Below the pieces are notes generated by a model. That model saw only the letters and a list, made by a program, of their open reading frames with translations. It ran no database searches and was not told the DNA's origin. Shown here piece after piece: positions 42,267 to 51,727 of a stretch of 64,000 nt of DNA. Position 1 is the stretch's first letter. Each line of letters opens with the position of its first letter. The stretch covers positions 88,040,001 through 88,104,000 of the forward strand of contig NC_043002.1 of assembly GCF_006345805.1 (NCBI RefSeq), written 5' to 3'. The position numbers and the translations under genes were made by a program. This DNA is from Octopus sinensis. Its lineage: Eukaryota.

Positions 42267-44310
42267 AATGTAAATAATTTCATTCAGATTTACAAATTAA
42301 TTCAAACCATCTTCTGCTGACTTGTGCTTGATACAATATCATTCAAAGCTAAGAATAGCAGGAAAACTATGGTTCTTGGAATTTATACTCTCATCTACCA
42401 ACAATATCACTGACATCATCATCATCATCATCGTTTAACGTCCGCTTTCCATGCTAGCATGGGTTGGACGGTTCAACTGGGGTCTGAGAAGCCAGAAGGC
42501 TGCACCAGACCCAGTCTGATCTGGCAGTGTTTCTATAGCTGGAAGCCCTCCCTAACGCCAACCACTCCGTGTGTGTAGTGGGTGCTTTTTATGTCCACCG
42601 GCACAGGTGCCAGACGAGGCTGGCAACGGCCACGTTCGGATGGTTCTCTTACGTGCCACCGGCACTGGTATCACAGCTACAACTTCCATTGATGTTGATC
42701 GATTTCGATTTTGATTTTCATAATTTATTTAACATAATTTGACATAATTTATTAAAAATTTTTTAACTGTGGTCTCTTGAAAGTTGACTGGAGAGGGATT
42801 TGAACTCAACAAAAAGGACTAGAACAGAGATTACAAGATGCTTCATCTGATCTAATGACTACCACCTACATATATTTAGAACACATATACATATGACTAC
42901 CACCTACATATATTTAGAACACATATGTGTGTGCATATGTGTATGTATGTATGTGTGTGTATGAGTTGTGCAATGAAACAAGTACATGAAAGCATAGCAT
43001 AATTATTGAATTAATGATGCAGTTTTTAATGTTCTCCAATTTCCCTTAAAACATTAAATCTGTCAACCTAATACTGAGAAGACATAGCTTTTAACCATGT
43101 ATAACATGAATTTTAATTAACACATGACGAACCAATTTGCATATTGATATTAGATTAGCTACTACTAAAAAAATCAATACATCTATAGCTGCATCATTGA
43201 ATATTTTTACTAAAGTTTCACAGATTCCATTCAAAATATACGAGAATTGATAAACAGAAGTAATTTTATATACATGGAAAACATATATATATATATATAT
43301 ATCATCATCATCATCATCATCATTTAGCGTCCGTTCTCCATGCTAGCATGGGTTGGACGGTTCAACTGGGGTCTGTGAAGCTGGAAGGCTTCATCAGGCC
43401 CAGTCAGATCTGGCAGTGTTTCTACGGCTGGATGCCCTTCCTAACGCCAACCACTCCGTGAGTGTAGTGGGTGCTTTTTACATGCCACCTGCACAGGTGC
43501 CAGACAGAGCTGGCAAACGGCCACGAACGGATGGTGCTTTTACGTGTCACCGGCACGGGGCCAGGCGAGGCTGGCAACGGACACGAACGGATGGTGCTTT
43601 TACGTGCCACCAACACAGGGGCCAGACAGAGCTGGCAAACGGGCACGAAACGGATGGTGCTTTTACGTGTCACCGGCACGGGGGCCAGGCGAGGCTGGCA
43701 ACGGGCACGAACGGATGGTGCTTTTACATGTCACCGACATGGGGGCCAGACAGGGCTGGCAAATGGCCACGAACGGATGGTGCTTTTACGTGTCACCGGC
43801 ACAGGGGCCAGACAGAGCTGGCAAACGGCCACGAACGGATGGTGCTTTTACGTGTCACCGGCACGGGGGCCAGACAGAGCTGGCAAATGGCCACAAACGG
43901 ATGGTACTTTTACGTGTCACCGGCACGGGGGCCAGGCCAGGCTGGCAACACGAACGGATGGTGCTTTTACGTGCCACCTACACGGGGGCCAGACAGGGCT
44001 GGCGAACGGCTACGAACGGATGGTACTTTTACGTGTCACCTGCACGGGGGCCCTGATGTTGATCGACCTCAATTTGGTTTGATCTTGATTTTGACTGTTC
44101 TCACTGGTCTTGCCGGGTTTTCTCACGCACAGCATACCTCCAAAGGTCTCGGTCACTGGTCATTTCCTTGGTGAGACCTAAAGTTCGAAGGTCGTGCTTC
44201 ACCGCCTCGACCCAGGTTTTCCTGGGTCTACCTCTTCCACAGGTCCCCTCAACTGCCAGGGTGTGGCACTTTCGCACACAACTATCTTCAGCCATTCTCA
44301 TCACATGAGA

Positions 44311-44346
<36 letters not shown>

Positions 44347-45615
44347 TGTGATATTGTATAGTAATTAATGATTGCCAAACTGATACTTTTATACAAATCA
44401 GCTTATTAATTTTCTGCACAGTTATAAGAGGTTCCTTAGTATTATGATGTGTTATATAACATGGCCACATATTAGAGGCTAGAAACAGGAAAAAAAAACT
44501 CTGAAATCAATTAAAAATCTTGATGTACTTCTGAAAACTTGAATTATATCAGCCAAATATCATTCTATAGAAAGACCGCTTATAAATATATGAGTCCAAA
44601 CCATGCAAACATTGAAAAATTAACATAAAATGATGATTAGGCAAGATAACATCTAGAGTGCTGTTGTCATGAGAAAAGGCATTGGAGCCATCCTACCCGT
44701 CCATGCCAGCATGGAATATATATATATATATATATATATACGCATTGATCTCTCAAAAGTAAATAGACACCCCGTCATTATCCGAGTATGATTGTTGCCA
44801 GAGCAGCCAACTGGCTTCTGTACCCGTGGCACGTAAAAGGACACCATTCAAGCGTGATCGTTACCAACGTCACTTCACTGGCACCTGTAAAAAGATTCGA
44901 CCGAGGTCATTGCCAGTACCGCCTGACTGGCCACCATGCCGGCAGCACGTAAAAAGCACCCACTACACTCTCGGAGTGGTTGGCGTTATGAAGGGCATCC
45001 AGCTGTAGAAACTCTGCCAGATCAAGATTGGAGCCTGGTGCAGCCATCTGGTTCGCCAGCCCTCAGTCAAAATCGTCCAACCCATGGAAAGCGGACGTTA
45101 AACGATGTTGATGATGATCTACATATATATTACCTGGTAATTTAATCTTGTTAATGAACTATTTTTCATTTCAGATAACAATCTATTGTTTACACCAACT
45201 AGCAATGCCATAAACACCAGAAGTAAAAGTGTTGTCTGAGTTTCAAAGAAGGTTTGTTGTGGTTCAGTATGAGGATGGACTTAGCTAGAGTAAGATTGCC
45301 CAAAAGCTAGGTATTCCTCTTGCCACAGTCAACAGAGTGATTGTACACTTCAGCAACAAAGGAAAGGAATCAACAGCTTTGACAGGTGTTTTCCGGATGT
45401 CAAGCGGATTGTTGAAAATAATCCTCATTGTAGGGCAGCTGATGTTGCAGAGTAACTCCAAATGAGTCAGAGTACTTCTGAAAGGCATCTTCATCAATTT
45501 GGCTACTATGGCAGAGCAGCAAGAAGGAAACCTCTTTTATGACCAGCAAATATACCAAAAAGAAAGAAAGAGTAAATCTTTCAAAATGATGGTGTCTATT
45601 TACTTTAGAGATGTC

Positions 45616-45648
<33 letters not shown>

Positions 45649-46860
45649 CATCATCATCATTATTATCATTTAACATCCATTGTCCATGCTGACATGGGTT
45701 GGGTGGTTTGACCAGCGCAGGCAAGCTGAGGAGCTGTACCAGACTCCACTCTGATTTGTCATGATTTCTATGGCCGGATACCCTTCCTAACACTAACCAA
45801 TTTACAGAGTGTGCTGGGTGCTTTTACATGGTACCACATGGGTGGCATTACGTGGTGCCACACAGGTGTTTTTATATGGCGCTTTTACATGGTGCCACAT
45901 GAGCACTTTACACCATATGTTTGTGTATATATATATATACTTATACACACATTTGTGTATGTTTGTGAGTATATATATATCATCATTATCATCGTTTAAC
46001 GTCCGCTTTCCATGCTAGCATGGGTTGGACGGTTCAACTGGGGTCTGGGAAGCCAGAAGGCTGCACCAGGCGCTGTCTGATCTGGCAGTGTTTCAACAGC
46101 TGGATGCCCTTCCTAATGCCAACCACTCCGTGAGTGTAGTGGGTGCTTTTTACATGCCACCGGCACGGAGGCCAGATGGGGCTGGAAATGGCCATGATCG
46201 GATGGTGCTTTTTACATGCCACCAGCACTGGTATCACAACTACAATTTCCATTGATGTTGATTGATTTTGATTTTGATTTTCACTTGCCTCAACAGGTCT
46301 TCACAAGTAGAGTTTTGTGTCCCAAGAAGGAAAGGTATGCATAAGCGGACTGGCTTGTGTGTGTGTTTGTGTCATAATTATGAATTTTGAAACCAATATT
46401 CAACATAATATATAAGTTACTTATAAATATCATATTTGGTGACATAAAAAAAATGCACCCCTGGTTCAGCAGAACAGATTCAGGCAAAATTTTTTTTGTA
46501 AATTAAAGCATGTATACAAGAAATCCCAACTTCACAAACATGATTCAAAGAGATTTTATGAAACTTATTTTGGGGAGAAAAAAGTGCATCCTATATGCCA
46601 TCAAATACAGTAATAAAAAAAATAGTATATTTTGCAAAGAAGAAATATCTTAACCCTTATTTTTTTTTATTGATTTAAAGTATACACTTTTATCATATAG
46701 CTCTACATACCTGAACTTGAATAATCAGATGATACAAATCCTTCAGTATTTCTTTCATCTTAATTTCAGCAGTACTGTTAGTCAATCCAAGATCAGAGTT
46801 GCTTGGACTGCTATTGTGACTAGCATGGCTGCTGTTGCCAGATGCCTTGGTACGACCCAT
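21555..46860 (-). CDS. SGF29: SAGA-associated factor 29 (tandem Tudor H3K4me2/3 reader), spliced CDS join(46860-46711,42205-42130 or 41236-41161,38946-38874,33441-33368,32890-32788,31023-30835,28362-28269,26491-26423,21671-21555), 314 aa
   Basis: Nine exons translated by hand, all GT-AG with compatible phases, sum 945 nt ending in TAG. The peptide matches recalled human SGF29 throughout ([101 protein letters not shown]). Confidence 0.97.
21907..22222 (+). mobile_element. tRNA-derived SINE family C with internal G19 run
   Basis: A box tggcccagtgg; its 3' part also appears inverted at ~8441-8552. Confidence 0.85.
22253..22616 (+). mobile_element. SINE family B
   Basis: gggttcagtcccactgcatggcaccttgggtaa head, tail gaaacaggtaaaaga. 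Confidence 0.85.
23093..24120 (-). repeat. RTE 3' end expanded into a ~25-bp minisatellite (tggcaccagcaca[t/a/g]gtgcttttaca), roughly 30 units
   Basis: (CAT)n and RTE tail at 23093-23270 run directly into the array. Confidence 0.92.
25248..25600 (-). mobile_element. RTE LINE 3' end with (GAT)n tail (similar - copies at ~12317, 34280, 42414, 45645, 45980, 53455)
   Basis: catcatcatttaacgttcgctttccatgctagcatgggttggac body. Confidence 0.88.
25798..26356. mobile_element. piggyBac-type MITE interrupted by a SINE (25932-26274, minus, TSD agctatgaaat)
   Basis: TTAA|CCCTTTAGCAT...ATGCTAAAGGG|TTAA; TSD at 25921-25931 and 26275-26285. Confidence 0.9.
26423..26491 (-). CDS. SGF29: SGF29 coding exon 8, Tudor 2 ([23 protein letters not shown])
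   Basis: ttttgtag|CTG...AGG|gtacta, 69 nt; nearly identical to the human motif. Confidence 0.97.
27614..28032. mobile_element. GGATC-TIR MITE with 8-bp TSD ctattaat
   Basis: TSD at 27606-27613 and 28033-28040. Confidence 0.93.
28269..28362 (-). CDS. SGF29: SGF29 coding exon 7 ([31 protein letters not shown])
   Basis: gtttacag|G...ACG|gtaaga, 94 nt. Confidence 0.97.
30835..31023 (-). CDS. SGF29: SGF29 coding exon 6, Tudor 1 (PPPLCGAVP...WILAE...[12 protein letters not shown])
   Basis: cttttag|G...GA|gtaagt, 189 nt; conserved VAARVK, WILAE, YEVDDID. Confidence 0.97.
31580..31814 (-). mobile_element. SINE family A with 13-bp TSD tatcacaattata
   Basis: TSD at 31567-31579 and 31815-31827. Confidence 0.92.
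32179..32486 (+). mobile_element. tRNA-derived SINE with (AAC)n tail and 11-bp TSD atagccagatg
   Basis: A box tggcctagtgg, B box ggttcgaatct; TSD at 32168-32178 and 32487-32497. Confidence 0.9.
32788..32890 (-). CDS. SGF29: SGF29 coding exon 5 ([33 protein letters not shown])
   Basis: ctttacag|AT...AA|gtaaat, 103 nt; matches RRGVLMTLLQQSAMTLPLWIGKPGD. Confidence 0.96.
33055..33106 (-). ncRNA. Minimal type I hammerhead ribozyme motif (Penelope-like), sense to SGF29
   Basis: tagtct-CTGATGA-a-gggatat(cccta)atatccc-a-GAAA-caactGTA-agacta: 6-bp stem I, 7-bp stem II, short near-palindromic stem III. Confidence 0.7.
33368..33441 (-). CDS. SGF29: SGF29 coding exon 4 ([24 protein letters not shown])
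   Basis: tttttag|G...G|gtaata, 74 nt; matches LRKALDKIAEIKSLLEERR. Confidence 0.95.
35280..36470 (-). pseudogene. pogo-like (POGK/Tigger-type) transposase fossil
   Basis: Fragmented frames: Brinker-like [107 protein letters not shown]; many stops and frameshifts. Confidence 0.8.
36537..36756. mobile_element. piggyBac-type MITE inserted in the TTAA of a retroelement tail
   Basis: TTAA|CCCTTTAG...GCTAAAGGG|TTAA; flanks read catgcaagcatggaagacagact-TTAA-acaatgatgatgat. Confidence 0.9.
38130..38555. mobile_element. GGATC-TIR MITE with 8-bp TSD actacttg
   Basis: TSD at 38122-38129 and 38556-38563. Confidence 0.93.
38874..38946 (-). CDS. SGF29: SGF29 coding exon 3 ([23 protein letters not shown])
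   Basis: tttttcag|TC...GA|gtaagt, 73 nt; matches SPYYRTKLRGLYTTAKADAEAE. Confidence 0.96.
39637..39867 (-). mobile_element. SINE family A with ~16-bp TSD tttgttggcca.tacc
   Basis: TSD at 39621 and 39868. Confidence 0.9.
40071..40504 (-). mobile_element. SINE family B with internal (TA)n
   Basis: Matches 14045-14459. Confidence 0.9.
40687..40737 (-). CDS. SGF29: Candidate extra/cassette SGF29 exon, 51 nt ([18 protein letters not shown]); duplicate at 41657-41707
   Basis: Branch-point-like CTAAC (40765-40761), polypyrimidine tract, CAG acceptor, AT|GTAAGT donor; phase 1-1 inside a phase-1 intron; open only in the required frame. Confidence 0.6.
41161..41236 (-). CDS. SGF29: SGF29 coding exon 2, copy B (identical duplicate)
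   Basis: Sequence and splice sites identical to 42130-42205; lies in the tandem duplication. Confidence 0.85.
42130..42205 (-). CDS. SGF29: SGF29 coding exon 2, copy A ([25 protein letters not shown]), 76 nt
   Basis: ttttgtccatttgtag|GAGGAG...CGGA|gtaaga; matches human EERSRSEHNLVNIQKTHERMQ. Confidence 0.9.
43302..44309 (-). mobile_element. RTE LINE 3' fragment: ORF2 C-terminus plus 3' UTR with ~62-bp minisatellite (~9 units) and (GAT)n tail
   Basis: ORF 44101-44304 reads ...[39 protein letters not shown], typical RTE ORF2 end. Confidence 0.92.
45204..45580 (+). pseudogene. Tc1-like transposase N-terminal (paired-like HTH) fossil
   Basis: Reads [36 protein letters not shown]...[10 protein letters not shown]...[18 protein letters not shown]. 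Confidence 0.8.
46711..46860 (-). CDS. SGF29: SGF29 first coding exon ([11 protein letters not shown]...[15 protein letters not shown]); 5' UTR part probably extends to the acceptor at 46949
   Basis: ATG in strong context (gtgaaaATGg) with an in-frame TGA shortly upstream; donor CAG|GTATGT; polypyrimidine acceptor ctctcttttttcttttgcag upstream; C-terminal half resembles human IAELLTELHQLIKQTQ. Confidence 0.88.
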
Positions 46861-49384
46861 TTTCACATATGACTTTGAATTTGTCACCACCAGTCACAAA
46901 CTGAATTTAAACTGCCATTGCAATAAACAGAAATAACACAGATAAAGCTCTGCAAAAGAAAAAAAGAGAGAGAGAGAAAACATTCAATTAAAAGAATTGC
47001 GAAACCCAAACTAATAATTATACAAAAACCATTTTATACAACAAACCTCAGATGTGCAAATGATGTACTCTAAGTACAAGAATCAATACAGGATTTGCCA
47101 AAAGTATGCAGCAAGACAGAAGTTATAAACAAGTGATTCTGATTTTAATACCATTTTTAAATAATGCTAGTGCATGCATATACAGCTGTGTGCGTGCGCA
47201 CATACATGCTAGTACTGTCCAAATCTCCAGCCAGTCACATACAGCTAGCTAGTATTCAATTGACGTATCAAGTTTCGGGCATTTTGATAGAAAATTCACA
47301 AAAAAGTCACTTCTATTGATTTTTTAATGGCTTTGCAGGGTGACTGGGGAAATGTAAAGATGTGCACAACCACCCTTGGATGGTTTTGAATGATCATAGA
47401 AAGTGTGAGCTCTCTAACTAAAAAATTGTGGATTTGTATAAAGGACACACATGCAGACATTTTGCTGTTTATATATAGAGAGATGATATTTTTTGCACCC
47501 AAGCTGACACTCAAACATCAGTAAGGATACACAAAAGGTTAAGGAATAGTTTAATACCATTTTTATAAGGTCACGGATTTAATTTCTTTTTGAAGTTTAA
47601 TCTATAAAACATTATTGTTTTCTCCAGAACCTCTCAATGGTAAAGTTAGTTCTTTTACTCCTATTGTCTGTTTTCTCTGGTTTCAGAAACGAAAAGAAAT
47701 TGACATAGAAATCTTTCAAAGTTAATACACAAATGTGTTACAACTAGCTTCTCAAAGGGAACTTACCAATTCCTCAGTTAGGTATTCTAACATAGGTAAA
47801 ACAGCAATGGAAATAGAGTCATCAAAACTATTTGGTATGTTTGCCCTTACACAACTAATGAAGATTTTTGTCCTAATAGAATATTTGAAACTGTTAAATT
47901 TAGAAAAGAAAAATTATTTATTATTTTGTTTCAGATCATTAAAAATTTCGTTTTTGGATTTGGTTTGCAAGATTCTTTATGTGAGTTCGTGTGTTGAAGC
48001 ATATTCTGTTGTGTCTGGGGAGAGTCATTTTCTTTTTGTGCCTTATAATATAATACACTCACTGGTAAAATTTCCACCGGCAATACGACATTACGTAATA
48101 TTGCCAGCTACCACAAATTGGCGCTATTTGAAAATGGCTACACGCTACACTTTCCTCCTTTCCCGCACTATTTTCACTGATCACATCCTCTCTGTGCTCT
48201 CACTTCAGCCATACTTCATCCTAACTCCTGGAGCATTTGCTGTGATTCTCAACACCCACTCATAGCCACCCTTATTTTCATTAAAAATTGTTTACTGTAA
48301 TTTCTATGAAAATTTGTTTTCATCAAATTCGATGACTGACATCCATGCTAGCAGGGTGCAAAGAGCACCATACGAGCATGATCATTGACAGAGCAGCTAA
48401 CCGGCTTCCGTGCCAGTGGCACTCAAAGGGCACCATTCGAGCGTGATCGTTACCAGCGTTGCCTTACTGGCACTTGTGCCCATGCTAGTAGGGTGCCAAG
48501 AGCACCATCCGAACATGATCGTTGCCAGAGCAGCCAACTGGCTATCATGCCAGTGGCATGTAAAAGGACACCATTCGAGCGTGATCGTTACCAAAGTCGC
48601 CTTACTGGCACCTGTGCTGGGGGCATGTGTAAAAGGATTTGAGCGTGGTCGTTGCCAGTACTGCCTGACTGGCCCCCATGCAGGTGGCATGTAAAAAGCA
48701 CCCACTACACTCTCCGAGTGGTTGGCGTTAGGAAGGGCATCCAGCTGTAAAAACTCTGTCAAATCAGGATTGGAGCCTGGTGCAGCCATCTGGTTTGCCA
48801 GCCCTCAGTCAAAATCGTCCAACCCATGCTAGCATGGAAAGCGGACGTTAAACGATGATGATGATGATGATGATCTTAATAAACTATTTTAACCATTTTG
48901 ATAACAACCCACCTCAGACTGTTTTTAGTTCTAGGATCTCCAGCTTGGTTTCCTAAAATGATCTAAATTAAAACCTTCCAACAGAACTTCATACGAACTT
49001 ATGTTCTAAGTGCCAGCTAAACAATTCTTCATTATTTTCTAAATTTTTCAAAACAAAGGCAGTGTATTTTAATAGAAATATGAAAACAAGTTTTGCGCAC
49101 TAATTCTGACTGCTTCATTTTAAGAATTGTAAAACAGAGGAGTTTTGAAGTAAATACAAATAAATGCACCTCGTGTATCTAGAAAATGTGTGGAAAGTCT
49201 TTCACTGTTCCCATCCATGTATTGCTGTAAACAACCAGAAACAAATTTCATACAAGAATGTCAGTTGAGAATGACATGTATTTGTGCTTCTTGCTTATCT
49301 GAAATTGTGTCAAATATTAAGGTTAGTTAATACAGTTCTATATTTGAGAGATGAGGAATTATGTATATTATTTACATATGCCCA

Positions 49385-49620
49385 GCATATGGCATAGTGG
49401 TTAAGAGCGCGGACTACTAACCCCAAGATTCCGAGTTCGATTACAGGCAGTGACCTGAATAATAATAATAACATTGAAAAATACCTTAGGAACGAGAACC
49501 CAGGTTTAAAATTTCCCCCTAGACACCTGATGAAGGCTGGAGAGTATATCAGCCGAAACGTTGAGTTAACAACAAACAAGATGAGGACAAATATCCATCA
49601 AATGTAAATAATGTAAATAT
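49385..49620 (+). mobile_element. tRNA-headed SINE-like element carrying a hammerhead ribozyme motif
   Basis: A box TGGCATAGTGG (49390-49400), B box GTTCGATT (49435-49442), (AAT)n linker, hammerhead core, tail (atgtaaata)x2. Confidence 0.75.
49522..49567 (+). ncRNA. Minimal type I hammerhead ribozyme motif
   Basis: gacac-CTGATGA-a-ggctg(gagagtatat)cagcc-GAAA-cGTT-gagtt; palindromic stem III aacgtt; one mismatch in stem I. Confidence 0.72.
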
Positions 49621-51010
49621 TAAGGTTAGATGTTAGAAAGAACCAATTTAATCCATTCCTTTAAAGATATAAGACTAAATTATATTAAATTGATTTGTTA
49701 TACAGATAGGGAACAGTAAATTATGTTGACATCAGTACATGACCAGTACTTTATCAACCCAAGAAGGATCAAAGGTAAAGATAACCTCAGCAGTATTAGA
49801 ACTCATTAAATGATTTCAAATTTTGGCACAAGGTCGGCAATTTGGGGGGAGGGGTAAGTTGATTACATCATCCCCAGTGCTCAACTGGTACCTATTTTAT
49901 CAAATCCAAAAGGATGAAAGGCAAAGCCAACTCCAGTGGAATCTGAACTCAGAACACAAAGACGGATGAAGTGCTGATAGGCATTTCACCTGGCTTGCAT
50001 ACAATTCTGCCAGACTGCCATTTTAGGAACTCTTTAATTTAATAACAATAATACTTGTCTATTGTCTGTCTGATGATACCAAATCCTTTTACACCATATT
50101 CATCACATATGGTATACAAACAATGCTGGACACAATAAAGGAGTAAACTGGAAGAAAAAAAAGTTTGAGAATGTCCATGTTAAGCAATGTCATCTTTCTG
50201 TTTATTCTAATATTACTGCTAATTTTATTCCATCTTTGTTTCAGCTCATTCATATTGTGACTTTTCTTCCTCTTGTGATCCCTACTGGATATATCAAGAG
50301 TTAGACAGATCCCTAGTTAAATACCATTATACAGTGCTTAATTCCTATACCAAAGATACCCCAACAACTATTAACAATACTTCAACAACACACATCATCC
50401 ACATTAACTCCATATCGCTACAAGCCAATGAAGAGCATCCACAATGCTACATGACCTGCCAAAAATAGCAACAGAATCACCCTCAAATAACAGCTTACCA
50501 TCTTAAAATGGCTGGCAGCAATGGAGAGCACTGGTGAACCCCATCAGCTCTAAATATGATGATATCTCTGGGACCACTAACCTGAGATGACCCCATCAAA
50601 CAAGAACATGAAGCAAGCAAGCGAAGCATGTTAAGATAATGATTGTTTGACCTGCTAGAAACAGGTAGCCACATCTCCCTCAGACCACACTCTGCTATCA
50701 TAAAATATATGGGAAGTTCATACTTAGGATGCTGATGGTTAAAAGTTTGCTCAAGCAGAGCTCACCAGGGGCTAAATAACAATCTATCACCATCTTCAGT
50801 TATAGTCAAGGGAAACCAAAAAGTATATAGTAACAGCTCTTTCTGTCAGATTACTAAAAGAAGGATTTATTTCTGTATAATTAAGTATCAGTTCCACCAT
50901 AATTAATTTGCCAACTACACGGGGGTATTTCTGAATCTGTATTTTACAGATATTTTCATTATTTCCTATTAATGCTTGTCTAGACATTATTAGTTTATAT
51001 TGTAACTTGA

Positions 51011-51727
51011 CAGTTGCTGCTGGAGAGGGCCAACCGGGTAAAGGACCTGGGTATCTTGGTGGATTCCTCCTTTTCGCTTTCGGCCCAGTGCGTCCATGCT
51101 GCCAACAAAGCACGCAGAGTTCTGCTTTTGATTCAACGATCATTCGGAATGCTCACAGCAGCCATATTCCTACCGCTCTATGTCACACTGGTGAGACTCA
51201 TATTGGAGTACGGGATTCAAGCCTCTTATCCTTATCTCCTCAAAGACATACATCATCTCGAAAGAGTCCAGAAGCTGGCTACCCGCATGTTTCTTGGTCT
51301 CAAGCATTTGTCTTATGAAGAAAGGCTGAAGACGCTCGACCTTTATTCTCTAGAAAAACGCTGCTGCCGTGGTGATCTCATTCTTGCTCACAACATCATA
51401 AGCGGAAAGTGTAACCTCTCGAAAGAGCTGTTCTTCACTCCTGCACCAGAGCGTAGGCTGCGGGGTCACTCCGAAAAGCTCTATCTGCGACGATTTCATC
51501 TCAATCGAAGGAGAGGGGCTTTCTCCGTCCAGGTTGCGGATCCGTGGAATAAGCTGCTGGACGAGATAGTGAAGATGCCAACGACCGCTCAGTTCAAAGT
51601 CTCTCTTGACCAGAAATGGCCTGAACTCTTTGCATGAACACCCCTGTACATAACTCCATGTCCCCCTACATGGCCTTGCTTTTTGCTTTTTGAGCCAAAA
51701 ATTAACTTAATTTAACTTAACTTAACA
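51011..51727 (+). mobile_element. 5'-truncated CR1 LINE (ORF2 C-terminal ~207 codons still open)
   Basis: KDLGILVDS...LYVTLVRLILEY...LERVQKLATR..LSYEERLKTLDLYSLEKR..RGDLI...LRGHSEKL; tail (taact)n. Confidence 0.95.

Noticed and set aside
43353-44174. ORFs of 273, 203 and 170 aa
   Set aside because: Overlapping frames over a 62-bp tandem repeat in an RTE 3' UTR; repetitive peptides with no domain resemblance.
47735-48265. 176-aa plus-strand ORF and a GTGAGT donor at 48062
   Set aside because: No ATG-led recognisable protein; the segment resembles a dispersed repeat (similar sequence near 60460), so there is no support for an exon.
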